This document shows positions 26,434-35,577 of a DNA stretch of 64,000 nucleotides, in pieces. The position numbers and the translations under genes were made by a program. Source of the stretch: an uncultured virus (IMG/VR IMGVR_UViG_3300017783_000004) (Duplodnaviria; Heunggongvirae; Uroviricota; Caudoviricetes); IMG/VR virus record IMGVR_UViG_3300017783_000004. One strand, given 5' to 3'. Position 1 is the first letter of the stretch. Every line of letters begins with the position of its first letter. Under the pieces are notes generated by a model. The model was not told the origin of the DNA and did no database searches. It was given only the letters and a program-made list of their open reading frames with translations.

Positions 26434-27393
26434 TCACTTAAATCTACACTCTGACATAATCTCGGTGAGACATGCAGTGAAGTTGATTTCTGAGTCCATT
26501 GCAAATGCAGCCTTGTATTGATAATCAGCAATGAACAAAACAGCTGCAGGTATAGAACTTGGTTCTAATCTTTGTTCAAGTGCATCGAAAACTTTACGAT
26601 ATAAACCATTGAAATCATTATCAGAATTCTGAGCAACCCATTTTCTCATGGCAGTCCAGTTTTTCTTTTCAATCATATCAATGAGAGGTGTAAGTTTTTC
26701 TTCTGATAATGTCGCTAGTAGACCACTATCGATTACACCACTTGCACCATATCGTTGTACTTCATTGATGCATCGTCTGAAATCTGGAAAGAACTTTAGT
26801 ATAAGTTCTACTAATACCTTTTCATCATACTTGATACCCTCATTGTCACATATAGATTTTAATCTATCAAGACCACCCATTGCGAGTTTTTGTTTCTCAC
26901 TCTTAGGTATAGAAAAATCGATTACAGTACATCTACTATGTAGAGGTGCAATGATTCTATTCTTGTAATTACATGTAAAGATAAATCTACAATTACTTGA
27001 GAACTCTTCTATGAAGTTTCTCAATGCCGGTTGAACTGAATCAGCAGATATATAATCTGCCTCATCAAGAATGACAACTTTAGGACCACCGGCAAGAGAT
27101 ACAGTAGATGCAAAGTTTTTGATTTTAGTTCGCAAAGTGTCGATAAGTCGGCCTTCGTCACTGCCATTGATAACAATGAAATCAGCGCCTAACTCATTAC
27201 AGAGTGCCTTAGCGACGGTTGTTTTGCCTGTTCCCTGTGAACCACAGAGCATCAGATTTGGTATTTCGTTATTAGAAACAAACTCTTTGAATGTTTTCTT
27301 AACGCCTTTTGGTAGTATAGTATCGTCAATGATAGTGGGACGATACTTTTCTACATATAAAAATTCATTTGTATTCATAATTAAAGAGAACAA
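26434..27393 (-). CDS. gp44: Clamp loader large subunit
   Basis: VEKYRP, GTGKTT, ILDEAD, PLHSRC, PDFRR. Confidence 0.97.
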   Translation of the reverse strand: MFSLIMNTNEFLYVEKYRPTIIDDTILPKGVKKTFKEFVSNNEIPNLMLCGSQGTGKTTVAKALCNELGADFIVINGSDEGRLIDTLRTKIKNFASTVSLAGGPKVVILDEADYISADSVQPALRNFIEEFSSNCRFIFTCNYKNRIIAPLHSRCTVIDFSIPKSEKQKLAMGGLDRLKSICDNEGIKYDEKVLVELILKFFPDFRRCINEVQRYGASGVIDSGLLATLSEEKLTPLIDMIEKKNWTAMRKWVAQNSDNDFNGLYRKVFDALEQRLEPSSIPAAVLFIADYQYKAAFAMDSEINFTACLTEIMSECRFK

Positions 27394-27492
27394 ACCCCTC
27401 CGAGTGTTCGTGTATTAGACCATTGATGATGAGATTCTAATACTCCCATGAAAGTAGCGGAGACTGGCGCTGTTTCACACATAATATATATG

Positions 27493-28158
27493 TTAAGCGC
27501 TGTAAGAACTATCTGGTTCTAAAGCAATAAAGTACTCTAAATCTACATCTTTATTCTTAAAGTGTGAGATGCCTTTAGAAGATACTGCAACTGTATAGTT
27601 GCCATCTAAAACTTTCAAGTTCTCAATCTTGAAGTTCATTGTGAATGTTGCACCATTGCCTTCGCCTACAGTTCTACTGAATGTATTTGAAGTTGTGTTC
27701 TTTTTATCAGTCACTTGCATCTCGATTTTAGTACCATCGGATGTAAGAACTAAATCATTTACACCTAATACTGAAGCTGCCTTTTGCAATTCAGTTAGAA
27801 GTGTAGAAGTTAAGTCAATACTAATCTCTGCATCTGGCATGGTAATCATCTTCTCTGGTGAAGTGACCATACCCTCTGAGGCATAGAAATATGTTAGAGA
27901 TGTATCAGCATCTGCAATCGCCAACGAAGCTTCGTTGAAGTTGAAGTCTGGATTCTCCATTAGACTTGTTGCACCTAGAAATTCTACTAGATTGTAGATA
28001 CTAAATGACTTGTCGAATGTTTCTGGTATCGTTGCGACTGCCAGTATATTCTTCATGTTAGATATCGTCTTAAGTTGATTACCTGAATCAACTTTGATAC
28101 CTGAATTAATAGTAGCGAAGTTTTTTAATATCGCCTTTGTTTCACTTGAAATTTTCAT
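27493..28158 (-). CDS. gp45: Sliding clamp
   Basis: ILKNFATINSGI, IYNLVEFL, FKIENLK, YFIALE. Confidence 0.96.
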   Translation of the reverse strand: MKISSETKAILKNFATINSGIKVDSGNQLKTISNMKNILAVATIPETFDKSFSIYNLVEFLGATSLMENPDFNFNEASLAIADADTSLTYFYASEGMVTSPEKMITMPDAEISIDLTSTLLTELQKAASVLGVNDLVLTSDGTKIEMQVTDKKNTTSNTFSRTVGEGNGATFTMNFKIENLKVLDGNYTVAVSSKGISHFKNKDVDLEYFIALEPDSSYSA

Positions 28159-28490
28159 TTCTTGTCTCCTTTATAGCCTGCTTCTTCAAGCATTAATTTA
28201 TCGTGATTGTTCAATGCAAGGAATCCATAATGAATTACCTTTAAAAGGTCGGCACGATTTTTCCCACCTTTTTTGCCGTATCGTTGGGCATACTTTAAAA
28301 TATTCCCAATACAGAAACCTTCACCGTGTCCTGCATCCATAATGAATTCAGTTGCCTGATATTTGTTCAGACTGTAGTGTTGGTCATATGTTGAGTCTAC
28401 ATAAGAAGAGAACTCCTTTAGAAGTTCTCCCTCATTGTATTTGTAGTCAATACCACTTTTGGTGTTAGTTGACTTAGTAAATAAACCCAT
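28155..28490 (-). CDS. DUF3310-like protein
   Basis: YDQHY, GFCIGNILKYAQRYGKKGG, DLLKVIHY; start set at MGLFTK, 7 nt after a TATAAT box. Confidence 0.75.
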   Translation of the reverse strand: MGLFTKSTNTKSGIDYKYNEGELLKEFSSYVDSTYDQHYSLNKYQATEFIMDAGHGEGFCIGNILKYAQRYGKKGGKNRADLLKVIHYGFLALNNHDKLMLEEAGYKGDKK

Positions 28491-28491
28491 A

Positions 28492-29724
28492 TTAATCATT
28501 ATACTCTGAAGACTCTGAATCGTCAACAGGGTTTTCTAAATGAACACCATCGTCAACTTTGGTGTAGAGGTCTAGAACAGCATTTCTAGTTTCTTCATCG
28601 AATCTTGAAATACACATTGTAATCGCCTTGAGTTTGTCACCAAACATCTTGTAAGCACTGACAATGTGAACAAGTCTTCTTGTTGTAATCACATCATCAA
28701 TGGCGCCTTCATAATAAGTTTTTCTGATTATGTCAGCCCAATCAACTAGTTTCTTAACGAAGTCTTCATCGACATCGCCAGTCAAAGCCATTTCTTGTTT
28801 CAGAATATTTCTCTCAGTAGTCACTGGTGGATATTCTTGTTGCATAGTGATAGCGAATCTTTCAAGCATCGCCTCATTCATGATTTGAGTACCAATGAAC
28901 TTGCCATCTTCAGACCCTTGGCCCTTGGTGTTGGCAGTAGCGACAACAGTAAACCCTGGTGTCGGTGTGACCCACTCACCAGTTTTCTTGATAAGGTAAC
29001 CTTTGCCCTCAAGAACTGATTGTAGACACATCATTTTGTTAGACCCTAAGTCTACTTCGTCAAGAAGTAATACAGCGCCTTTTCTCATTGCCTTGATAAC
29101 TGGACCTTCTCTGAAGATGATGTTACCATTCTGCAAAGTGTGACCACCCATTAGGTCGTCTTCGTCTGTCTCAATAGTGATATTGACTCTGAAGAGTTCT
29201 CTATTCAATTGAGCACAAGTTTGTTCAATCATTAATGTTTTACCATTACCTGAAAGACCAGTCACAAAGAAAGGGAAGAACATTTTAGATTTGATTATGT
29301 TCTTGACATCTTTAGCATGACCAAACGGTACATAGTTTGGCATTTTTTCTGGAATGATTTTTACATTATCATCAATCATGTTGACCGAAGCAGTAGCAGC
29401 GGCAACTGGCATTTGTTGAACTTGAGGTGCAACTTTTGGAACTGTTAAAGGTTCTGGTTTAGAAACTGCAACAGTCGTACCGTTATTATCAATCGCAAGG
29501 ATTGGTGTTAGATTGAAAACAGCACCATCTTTAAAATTGTACCTGTTTGATTTCAACCAGTATGGAAAATGGCCCAATGAATTGAACTGCTCTTTCGAGA
29601 ATTGCAATTGATTCGGATATTTCTCCTTTAATGCCTGAATGAATTCTTTCCTGTCAGGTGTCAGGTGGAAATTTTTATCTCCCAGATTTATCGACTCTGT
29701 TGGGTCGTATGTCCACTTACTCAT
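28492..29724 (-). CDS. CobS/MoxR-like AAA+ ATPase
   Basis: GLSGNGKT, LLLDEVD, TANTKGQG, EAMLERF, ITTRRL. Confidence 0.9.
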   Translation of the reverse strand: MSKWTYDPTESINLGDKNFHLTPDRKEFIQALKEKYPNQLQFSKEQFNSLGHFPYWLKSNRYNFKDGAVFNLTPILAIDNNGTTVAVSKPEPLTVPKVAPQVQQMPVAAATASVNMIDDNVKIIPEKMPNYVPFGHAKDVKNIIKSKMFFPFFVTGLSGNGKTLMIEQTCAQLNRELFRVNITIETDEDDLMGGHTLQNGNIIFREGPVIKAMRKGAVLLLDEVDLGSNKMMCLQSVLEGKGYLIKKTGEWVTPTPGFTVVATANTKGQGSEDGKFIGTQIMNEAMLERFAITMQQEYPPVTTERNILKQEMALTGDVDEDFVKKLVDWADIIRKTYYEGAIDDVITTRRLVHIVSAYKMFGDKLKAITMCISRFDEETRNAVLDLYTKVDDGVHLENPVDDSESSEYND

Positions 29725-29766
29725 AATTTGTCTCCGTTAAAGTAGTTTTATTTCTCATCAGTTATT

Positions 29767-29801
29767 ATCCTATCAAAAAGTTAGGGTCATTGTCAACCCT
29801 A
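29767..29801 (-). promoter_or_regulatory. Early promoter, repeat class I (copy 3)
   Basis: TAG-GG-TTGACA-ATGACCCTAACTTTTTGA-TAGGAT. Confidence 0.8.
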
Positions 29802-30032
29802 TTCAATTTCTTTTAGTAATCTTTCCATGTCAATTGCAATAGAGGTCTTCTGACCTTTTCTCATTGTGGTGTATGAGTCGTTGTTAACCCAAAACCTAAA
29901 TGCCTTACATTCAACCTCTTCTTCGCCACAAGCCTTTTGCCTAGGGCAATCAAACTTTACGCAAGGTCCTTTACCGACCTGTTGTATGGCGTCTTGAAAT
30001 TTATCAATATTAATAGTACCTATCATTTCCAT
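29799..30032 (-). CDS. Small Cys-rich hypothetical protein
   Basis: C-x4-C-x5-C-x6-C pattern, possible metal site. Confidence 0.65.
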   Translation of the reverse strand: MEMIGTINIDKFQDAIQQVGKGPCVKFDCPRQKACGEEEVECKAFRFWVNNDSYTTMRKGQKTSIAIDMERLLKEIE

Positions 30033-32410
30033 TATGCAATCTCCTTTATAAATTCGTTAGTTAGAAATCTTGATGTTGACTTGCCTTTCTGATTTCTTTT
30101 GAAAGCGGCAGTCACTCTGTTTTTGTTTGCACCAATGAACTCTTCGCCAAGTTCATCTTCGCCTGTCGTAGCAAGATTAGATGCAGTGGTCAAGAACAAT
30201 TTGTTGTAACCCTTGGTGTCAACTACTACACCTGATTTTCTCATATCTCTCCACAACCCATCAACTTCTTCCCAAAAGTTTGGTATAATGTATTCACCCA
30301 TTTGTTGAAAGTCTCTTTTCTTGGTGAAGACAAAGTAACCAGTCACGGTCACATTACAAGTTTCTGATAACCACTCTAAGATGTTTTGAGTTTTCTCGAA
30401 GTCGTTTCTACCATATCTTGAATTAGTCGTGTAAAGGAAGTTCTTGTTGATGTATGGGTCAATGAAACTTCTCTCTCTCTGAGCAGACCAGTAGTAATCA
30501 TCGCCTGCCTGAGCCTTATAGTCAGCAGACTCAACTTCTGATTCGTCAAAGAAGTCACTTCTGAAACTGAACCCATCGGTGATGATTGTTAGAATTGATT
30601 TCTCAATACCATACTGTCTGTTGAACTCTGGTAAGAATTTTCTCATAGCAACTAAACATTCGTCAAGTGGTGTACCACCCAATCTGTAATTATCAGGACA
30701 GCAGTATCTTGAGAATCTTGAATCACCCCAATATGAAGTACCTGATTCCCATTCTTGAATAGAACTGAATACTGAATTGTACTCTTCGATTAGTTTCTGA
30801 CCTTTCGGTGAACCAGCCCAGCAATCATGAAGTTCATTGTGCATGTACCCAACAAGGATACAAGATAAGTAATCTAACATCTCTGAATATTTTCTATTAG
30901 ATATTTCGTTAGACATAATCTCAACAAGTTTTGCCTTGCCACTTGAGTAGTCATATCTGTCTTGTCTTACAATAGAATCTGAGAAGAGATATACTCTGTA
31001 AGGAATGTTTACTTTTCTACAGAACTCTGAAAGTATAATTGATTGTTCTAACATGTCAGCAGCTTCGTTGTGAATAGAACCAGACCAGTCAAGTAAAACA
31101 TTGACACCATGGTTCTTGCCATCTGGAATGTAAGTGACTCTTTTGAAGATATCATCTACAATCTGATACTTAGCAAGTCTATTCATATCAAGGTCACCAC
31201 TAGTGCCTGTATATGCCTTTGCACTTCTATGTGCATTTTGTCTTAACTCAAACTCTTTTGCCATATGGGCAACAATCTTTTTGTTTTTGTTTTGAAGATG
31301 TTTTCTGTAATGTTTACCAAGAACTAAAGTATTACTTCTCTCGTTGACAGTTTCTTGTTTTCTCTCTTCAGTGTAGTATCTTGGGTCTTCTTTTATCAAC
31401 TTGTCATAGTCAACACCAGCAAACCAACTCTGCCAATCAGATGTAATTTGTTTGTTGTCATAAATCATTGCATCTATATCAGTACTTTTGAATCTAGTTC
31501 TCAAATCAATATTAGTTTTGATGTTTGCCTTTTCGTCAACAAAATCATCTTCATTATTATGTGCATAGTGTTCAGTGATTGACTCTCTGGCGCCATCTAA
31601 TTCATCATATTTGCCATCGAACTTGCCACCCTTGGCGCCAGATTCTACAAGAGTCTCTTCAACTTTATCACCCTCTTCTTCTATGTCACCCTCTGTATTT
31701 GATTTGTATTCTTCTTCTTCACTCTCTGGTTCATCATCTGACTCTTCACCACTCATTGGAGATGATTCAGTCTCGTCTTCTTCATCGCCATCTTCTGATT
31801 CAGGTATTTGCATCTTAGAAAGTTTTTCGTCTTCTTCATCTCTCTCTTCATTTTCTTTAGAGTATTCGTAGATTGAATTTGCACATTCAACAACTTCTTC
31901 CCAAGTCTTACAGTCTTCTGCCATTTGCAAGAATTCTTGTTCGGTGTCATTTAGTTTGATGTTGACTCTAGAACCACACTTAGTAATAAGATTGATTTTG
32001 TCAATCAATGCAAGTTCTTGTAAGTTTCTACCCTTGATGCCGAAGAAGTTTTTTTCCATAAGTTCATTGTATGCCTTAAAGAAAGAAGTTCTCAACCCTT
32101 GATATTTTTGTTTGATTGCCTTTTCGATTCTTACATCTTCTACAACATTAAGATAACCCTTAAGAGTTCTATTCTCAGTTAGTGTAGAGTGAAGTCCCTC
32201 GTAAGGAGTATTCAGTGCATGACCAACTTCGTGTCCCATGAACAAGTCATATAGTTCAGGAGAAATATCATCTTTGAAAGTAGGACAAGCAAGTACCCTA
32301 TTCTTAACATCAAAGTATGCAGTCGGTATTTTTTTATGTACAATCGTAAGATTTTCTGTTGCCATTAATCTTGCGAGAGAGTCTTTTTGGTTTTTAAGTT
32401 TTTCTGTCAT
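30032..32410 (-). CDS. CobT-like protein: HExxH metallopeptidase-like N-domain, acidic linker, vWA domain
   Basis: HEVGHAL, NVVEDVRIE, MIDAS elements DWSGS, GGTPL, ITDG. Confidence 0.85.
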   Translation of the reverse strand: MTEKLKNQKDSLARLMATENLTIVHKKIPTAYFDVKNRVLACPTFKDDISPELYDLFMGHEVGHALNTPYEGLHSTLTENRTLKGYLNVVEDVRIEKAIKQKYQGLRTSFFKAYNELMEKNFFGIKGRNLQELALIDKINLITKCGSRVNIKLNDTEQEFLQMAEDCKTWEEVVECANSIYEYSKENEERDEEDEKLSKMQIPESEDGDEEDETESSPMSGEESDDEPESEEEEYKSNTEGDIEEEGDKVEETLVESGAKGGKFDGKYDELDGARESITEHYAHNNEDDFVDEKANIKTNIDLRTRFKSTDIDAMIYDNKQITSDWQSWFAGVDYDKLIKEDPRYYTEERKQETVNERSNTLVLGKHYRKHLQNKNKKIVAHMAKEFELRQNAHRSAKAYTGTSGDLDMNRLAKYQIVDDIFKRVTYIPDGKNHGVNVLLDWSGSIHNEAADMLEQSIILSEFCRKVNIPYRVYLFSDSIVRQDRYDYSSGKAKLVEIMSNEISNRKYSEMLDYLSCILVGYMHNELHDCWAGSPKGQKLIEEYNSVFSSIQEWESGTSYWGDSRFSRYCCPDNYRLGGTPLDECLVAMRKFLPEFNRQYGIEKSILTIITDGFSFRSDFFDESEVESADYKAQAGDDYYWSAQRERSFIDPYINKNFLYTTNSRYGRNDFEKTQNILEWLSETCNVTVTGYFVFTKKRDFQQMGEYIIPNFWEEVDGLWRDMRKSGVVVDTKGYNKLFLTTASNLATTGEDELGEEFIGANKNRVTAAFKRNQKGKSTSRFLTNEFIKEIA

Positions 32411-32416
32411 GTTTAT

Positions 32417-32452
32417 ATCCTACTAAAAAGTGAAGGTCATTGTCAACCCCTA
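32417..32452 (-). promoter_or_regulatory. Early promoter, repeat class I (copy 4)
   Basis: TAG-GGG-TTGACA-ATGACCTTCACTTTTTAG-TAGGAT, then 6 nt to ATG. Confidence 0.8.
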
Positions 32453-32638
32453 CAGGTTGTCTACTGTTGATTCGATACTGTTTACGATTGATTCGATTGA
32501 ACCCACATCACTTTCAAGTGAACTGACTTTGGAATCTATACTGTCTATTAAAGATTCTAATTGATTGAGCTTGCTCTCAAGATTGTCTCCAATCTCTATG
32601 AGTTTATTCATTATTTGTGTTTCTGTTGGATGTCCCAT
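32450..32638 (-). CDS. Small coiled-coil protein
   Basis: Heptad repeats LES/IDS/IES; AAGGAGA SD. Confidence 0.7.
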   Translation of the reverse strand: MGHPTETQIMNKLIEIGDNLESKLNQLESLIDSIDSKVSSLESDVGSIESIVNSIESTVDNL

Positions 32639-32664
32639 TTCTTCTCCTTTTTTGATTCAGGAGT

Positions 32665-32700
32665 ATGGTAACAAAAAGTTAGGGTCGCTGTCAACCCCTA
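32665..32700 (-). promoter_or_regulatory. Early promoter, repeat class I (copy 5)
   Basis: TAG-GGG-TTGACA-GCGACCCTAACTTTTTGT-TACCAT. Confidence 0.7.
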
Positions 32701-33333
32701 GGTATTTCGAATATTGTCTTCGTTTAGATTTAGGTCATCGACTGGATATAAAGGCATGGTTCTATCGATGTCTGTGGTGAACCACATTGCGACTGTATGT
32801 CGTGGGTGTCTTCTAACTTTCTCAACACCATGTGGAATGTAGATGCCTTGAAATAAAAGGCCTGAACCTGTTTCTGGTTCGTATACTTCTCCGTCTGGTA
32901 TATAAGTTCTACCACCCTTAAAATTATCATTGAGATAAAGAATACAAGTCCATTCTCTAGCAGGTTTCTCTTCGTGTGTTCCGGCGTTCATCTGTTGATT
33001 TGAATATGTATCTAAATGTGGTGCTTGAACTCCGCCTATTGGCCATTCATTAATACCCACCATTTCAGGAAATACAACTTGGTCTGATATCTTTCTTATT
33101 TCGCCTATGAGATTGACCATGACTTCGGCAATCCATTTTCTTATTAAATTATTCTGAATATGCATAAGTCTGATACCTGTGTAATCAGACCCATCACCAA
33201 TTGCTGTTAAGTGTCTATGACTCTTGTGAAACTCTATCATCTGTTGACACTGTTCCTGTGTCATTAGATTCTGAATCATCTTTGGTGGATTGCATTTCTT
33301 GGAAGTATCTTGCGAGTGCAATTCTTCTTTCAT
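32698..33333 (-). CDS. 2OG-Fe(II) oxygenase (prolyl-4-hydroxylase-like)
   Basis: HLD, ILYLNDNFKGG, HGVEKV, RHTVAMWF; exact start uncertain. Confidence 0.85.
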   Translation of the reverse strand: MKEELHSQDTSKKCNPPKMIQNLMTQEQCQQMIEFHKSHRHLTAIGDGSDYTGIRLMHIQNNLIRKWIAEVMVNLIGEIRKISDQVVFPEMVGINEWPIGGVQAPHLDTYSNQQMNAGTHEEKPAREWTCILYLNDNFKGGRTYIPDGEVYEPETGSGLLFQGIYIPHGVEKVRRHPRHTVAMWFTTDIDRTMPLYPVDDLNLNEDNIRNT

Positions 33334-33850
33334 ACTCTAACCTCTTCTTTCTTTCTTTTACTCTTGCCTTTTGAGCTCGTTCAAGTTTTAATCTAGATGC
33401 TCTCTGTAAAAATAGTATACCGTTCAAGTGGTCAATTTCGTGTTGAACACATCTTGCACCTATGCCTTCTAGTACAGCACTTTTCTCTTCACCTGTTTCA
33501 TCTTGATATGTAAATTCGATTGTCTTTGACCTTTTAATCATTAAGAATAAATCTGGAAAGGATAGACAACCCTCTTTCATTAAGTCCGTGTCTTGAGATA
33601 CTCTAGTCAACTTAGGGTTGAAATAAGGAAGAACTTTAGACTCTTCGTCACCCTCGTGCATAGTTCTCATAACAAACAATCTATACGGTAAACCAACTTG
33701 ATTTGCCGATAGACCTAAACCACCAAACTTCTCCATTGCTTCTGCCAAGTTCTTGGTAATTTCTGCTGGGTCTTCTGGTGGATTTTCAAAGTCAAACTCC
33801 GGAGGTGGAGTTCTTAATACTTGTGATGCTTCTTCTATTAATTGATACAT
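33215..33850 (-). CDS. def: Peptide deformylase
   Basis: GLGLSANQVG, EGCLSFP, QHEIDHLNG. Confidence 0.96.
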   Translation of the reverse strand: MYQLIEEASQVLRTPPPEFDFENPPEDPAEITKNLAEAMEKFGGLGLSANQVGLPYRLFVMRTMHEGDEESKVLPYFNPKLTRVSQDTDLMKEGCLSFPDLFLMIKRSKTIEFTYQDETGEEKSAVLEGIGARCVQHEIDHLNGILFLQRASRLKLERAQKARVKERKKRLEYERRIALARYFQEMQSTKDDSESNDTGTVSTDDRVSQES

Positions 33851-33858
33851 AGTTTTAT

Positions 33859-35577
33859 TTATGAAATTGCGATACGGCTGAAGTTCTTGTGTTTCTCAAA
33901 TCGAACCACTTCTTCAAACTTATCATATAGTTGGTCTCCTTTATGGGAGATAATAAATGCATTTGTCTTCTCATTCAGTGAGTTCAGTAATTTCAAGAAA
34001 TCATCTGTACCCTGGGAATCTAAAGAAGAATCAAACACCTCGTCTAGTATAAGTATGTTGGTGTTTACTGAGTTTTTAATTCTTGCGACTGCTCTCCATG
34101 TGAACAACAACGAAAGGTCAATTCTCATCTTCTCTCCTTGTGAGAAGTTATCATACTTAAACACATCTCTAAATCTGGACTTGATTGTTTCTTCGAATGA
34201 TTCATTCAATTCAAATCCAACATAGAATTCTAAATTTGCAAGATACTTGTTAATCATCTTGTTCATTACTGGTACATACTGTTTGATGATTCTTTGTCTT
34301 ACACCTTGGTCTCTCAATAGAGTTGTTGCAAGGTCAAAGTAATGTTGTCTATCTGTTAGACTTTCTTTCTTAGTATGTAGTTTATCTAAATCATCTTCAG
34401 CACTTGTAAGTCTATCACTTACGCCAGAGTCAGCATTAATCTCACTTTGTAAATCCTTTACTTCGCCATTGAGTTTTTCTATGTACTTCTGATTAGATAA
34501 AACTTCTGTTTGATGTAATCCAATCTTTCTTTGAATCTCTTCTATTTCTCCGATGACTGTTTGTATTTCCGCCATTCTATTTCTGGATGCTTCAATGGTT
34601 TCTCCAATTGAAAGAACTGCCGTCTTGAGCTCTGCAACCTTATCTGATTTTTCTTTAATGCATTTCGTCTTGTGGTCTTCATCTAATCCTTGTTTACATA
34701 CTGGACAATCATCGTTGTTTTGATAGAACTCAATTTCTTTAAGTGCCTTCTTCTGAGAATCTTCAAGTCTCTTCTCTACATCTAAAGCTTGTTTGAGTCT
34801 ATCTCCTTGTGGGTCTCTATCTGATATGGACTTCTGTTTATCTTTTACTTCGCCTTGTTTTACACCAATACTTTTCATAACAGAATTTATGTTATTCTGA
34901 GTTTCTTGTATTGTATTTTCATACTTCGCAATCTTCTTGTCACGATTCTTTTGTAGTAGACTCATCTGTTCATTAAGACCACTAATTCTTTCTTCTAGTA
35001 ATTCTGTTTCGTGTTTAGTTTCTCTGACATCTATATTGTGTTGGGTGACTTTCTTCTTAAGTATATCTTGCATGGTAGAGAAGATACTAATGTCTAGTAA
35101 GTCTTCTACTAGTCTTCTTCTCTCTACTGACTTCAACTGCATAAAAGGAGTAAAGTTAGCAGAACCCAATACTGCAACTTGAGTAAATGAACGAAAGGAC
35201 ATCTTTAGAATGTTCTTCTCTAAGTGTTCTTGATAATCTCTAACTGTTGCATCTTGATTGAGCATTGTACCATTGACATATAACTCAAACTTATTTGGTT
35301 TAGCACCTCTTATAACTTTGTATGATTTTCTACCAACTGTAAATTCTATCTCTACTAATAAGTCTTTCTGATTAATAGAGTTTACTAATAGGTCTTTTTT
35401 TAGATTACGAAATCCTTTTCCATATAGAACAAAACATAATGCATCTAATAAGGTAGATTTACCTGCACCATTGTCTCCAACAATCAATGTTGTTTGCGAC
35501 CTGTCTAGGTCAAAGTTTGTAAATGTGTTTCCAGACGATAACAAATTCTTGTATCGTATCTTAGTAAAATTAATCAT
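33859..35577 (-). CDS. gp46: Recombination endonuclease ATPase subunit (Rad50/SbcC-like)
   Basis: GDNGAGKS, CPVC zinc hook, FSQGEKMRID, LDEVFDSSLD. Confidence 0.97.
   Translation of the reverse strand: MINFTKIRYKNLLSSGNTFTNFDLDRSQTTLIVGDNGAGKSTLLDALCFVLYGKGFRNLKKDLLVNSINQKDLLVEIEFTVGRKSYKVIRGAKPNKFELYVNGTMLNQDATVRDYQEHLEKNILKMSFRSFTQVAVLGSANFTPFMQLKSVERRRLVEDLLDISIFSTMQDILKKKVTQHNIDVRETKHETELLEERISGLNEQMSLLQKNRDKKIAKYENTIQETQNNINSVMKSIGVKQGEVKDKQKSISDRDPQGDRLKQALDVEKRLEDSQKKALKEIEFYQNNDDCPVCKQGLDEDHKTKCIKEKSDKVAELKTAVLSIGETIEASRNRMAEIQTVIGEIEEIQRKIGLHQTEVLSNQKYIEKLNGEVKDLQSEINADSGVSDRLTSAEDDLDKLHTKKESLTDRQHYFDLATTLLRDQGVRQRIIKQYVPVMNKMINKYLANLEFYVGFELNESFEETIKSRFRDVFKYDNFSQGEKMRIDLSLLFTWRAVARIKNSVNTNILILDEVFDSSLDSQGTDDFLKLLNSLNEKTNAFIISHKGDQLYDKFEEVVRFEKHKNFSRIAIS

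Noticed and set aside
28492..32410. Cobalamin biosynthesis (cobS/cobT) as an auxiliary metabolic function
   Set aside because: No cobN or other cob genes are present; better explained as a generic MoxR AAA+/vWA pair.
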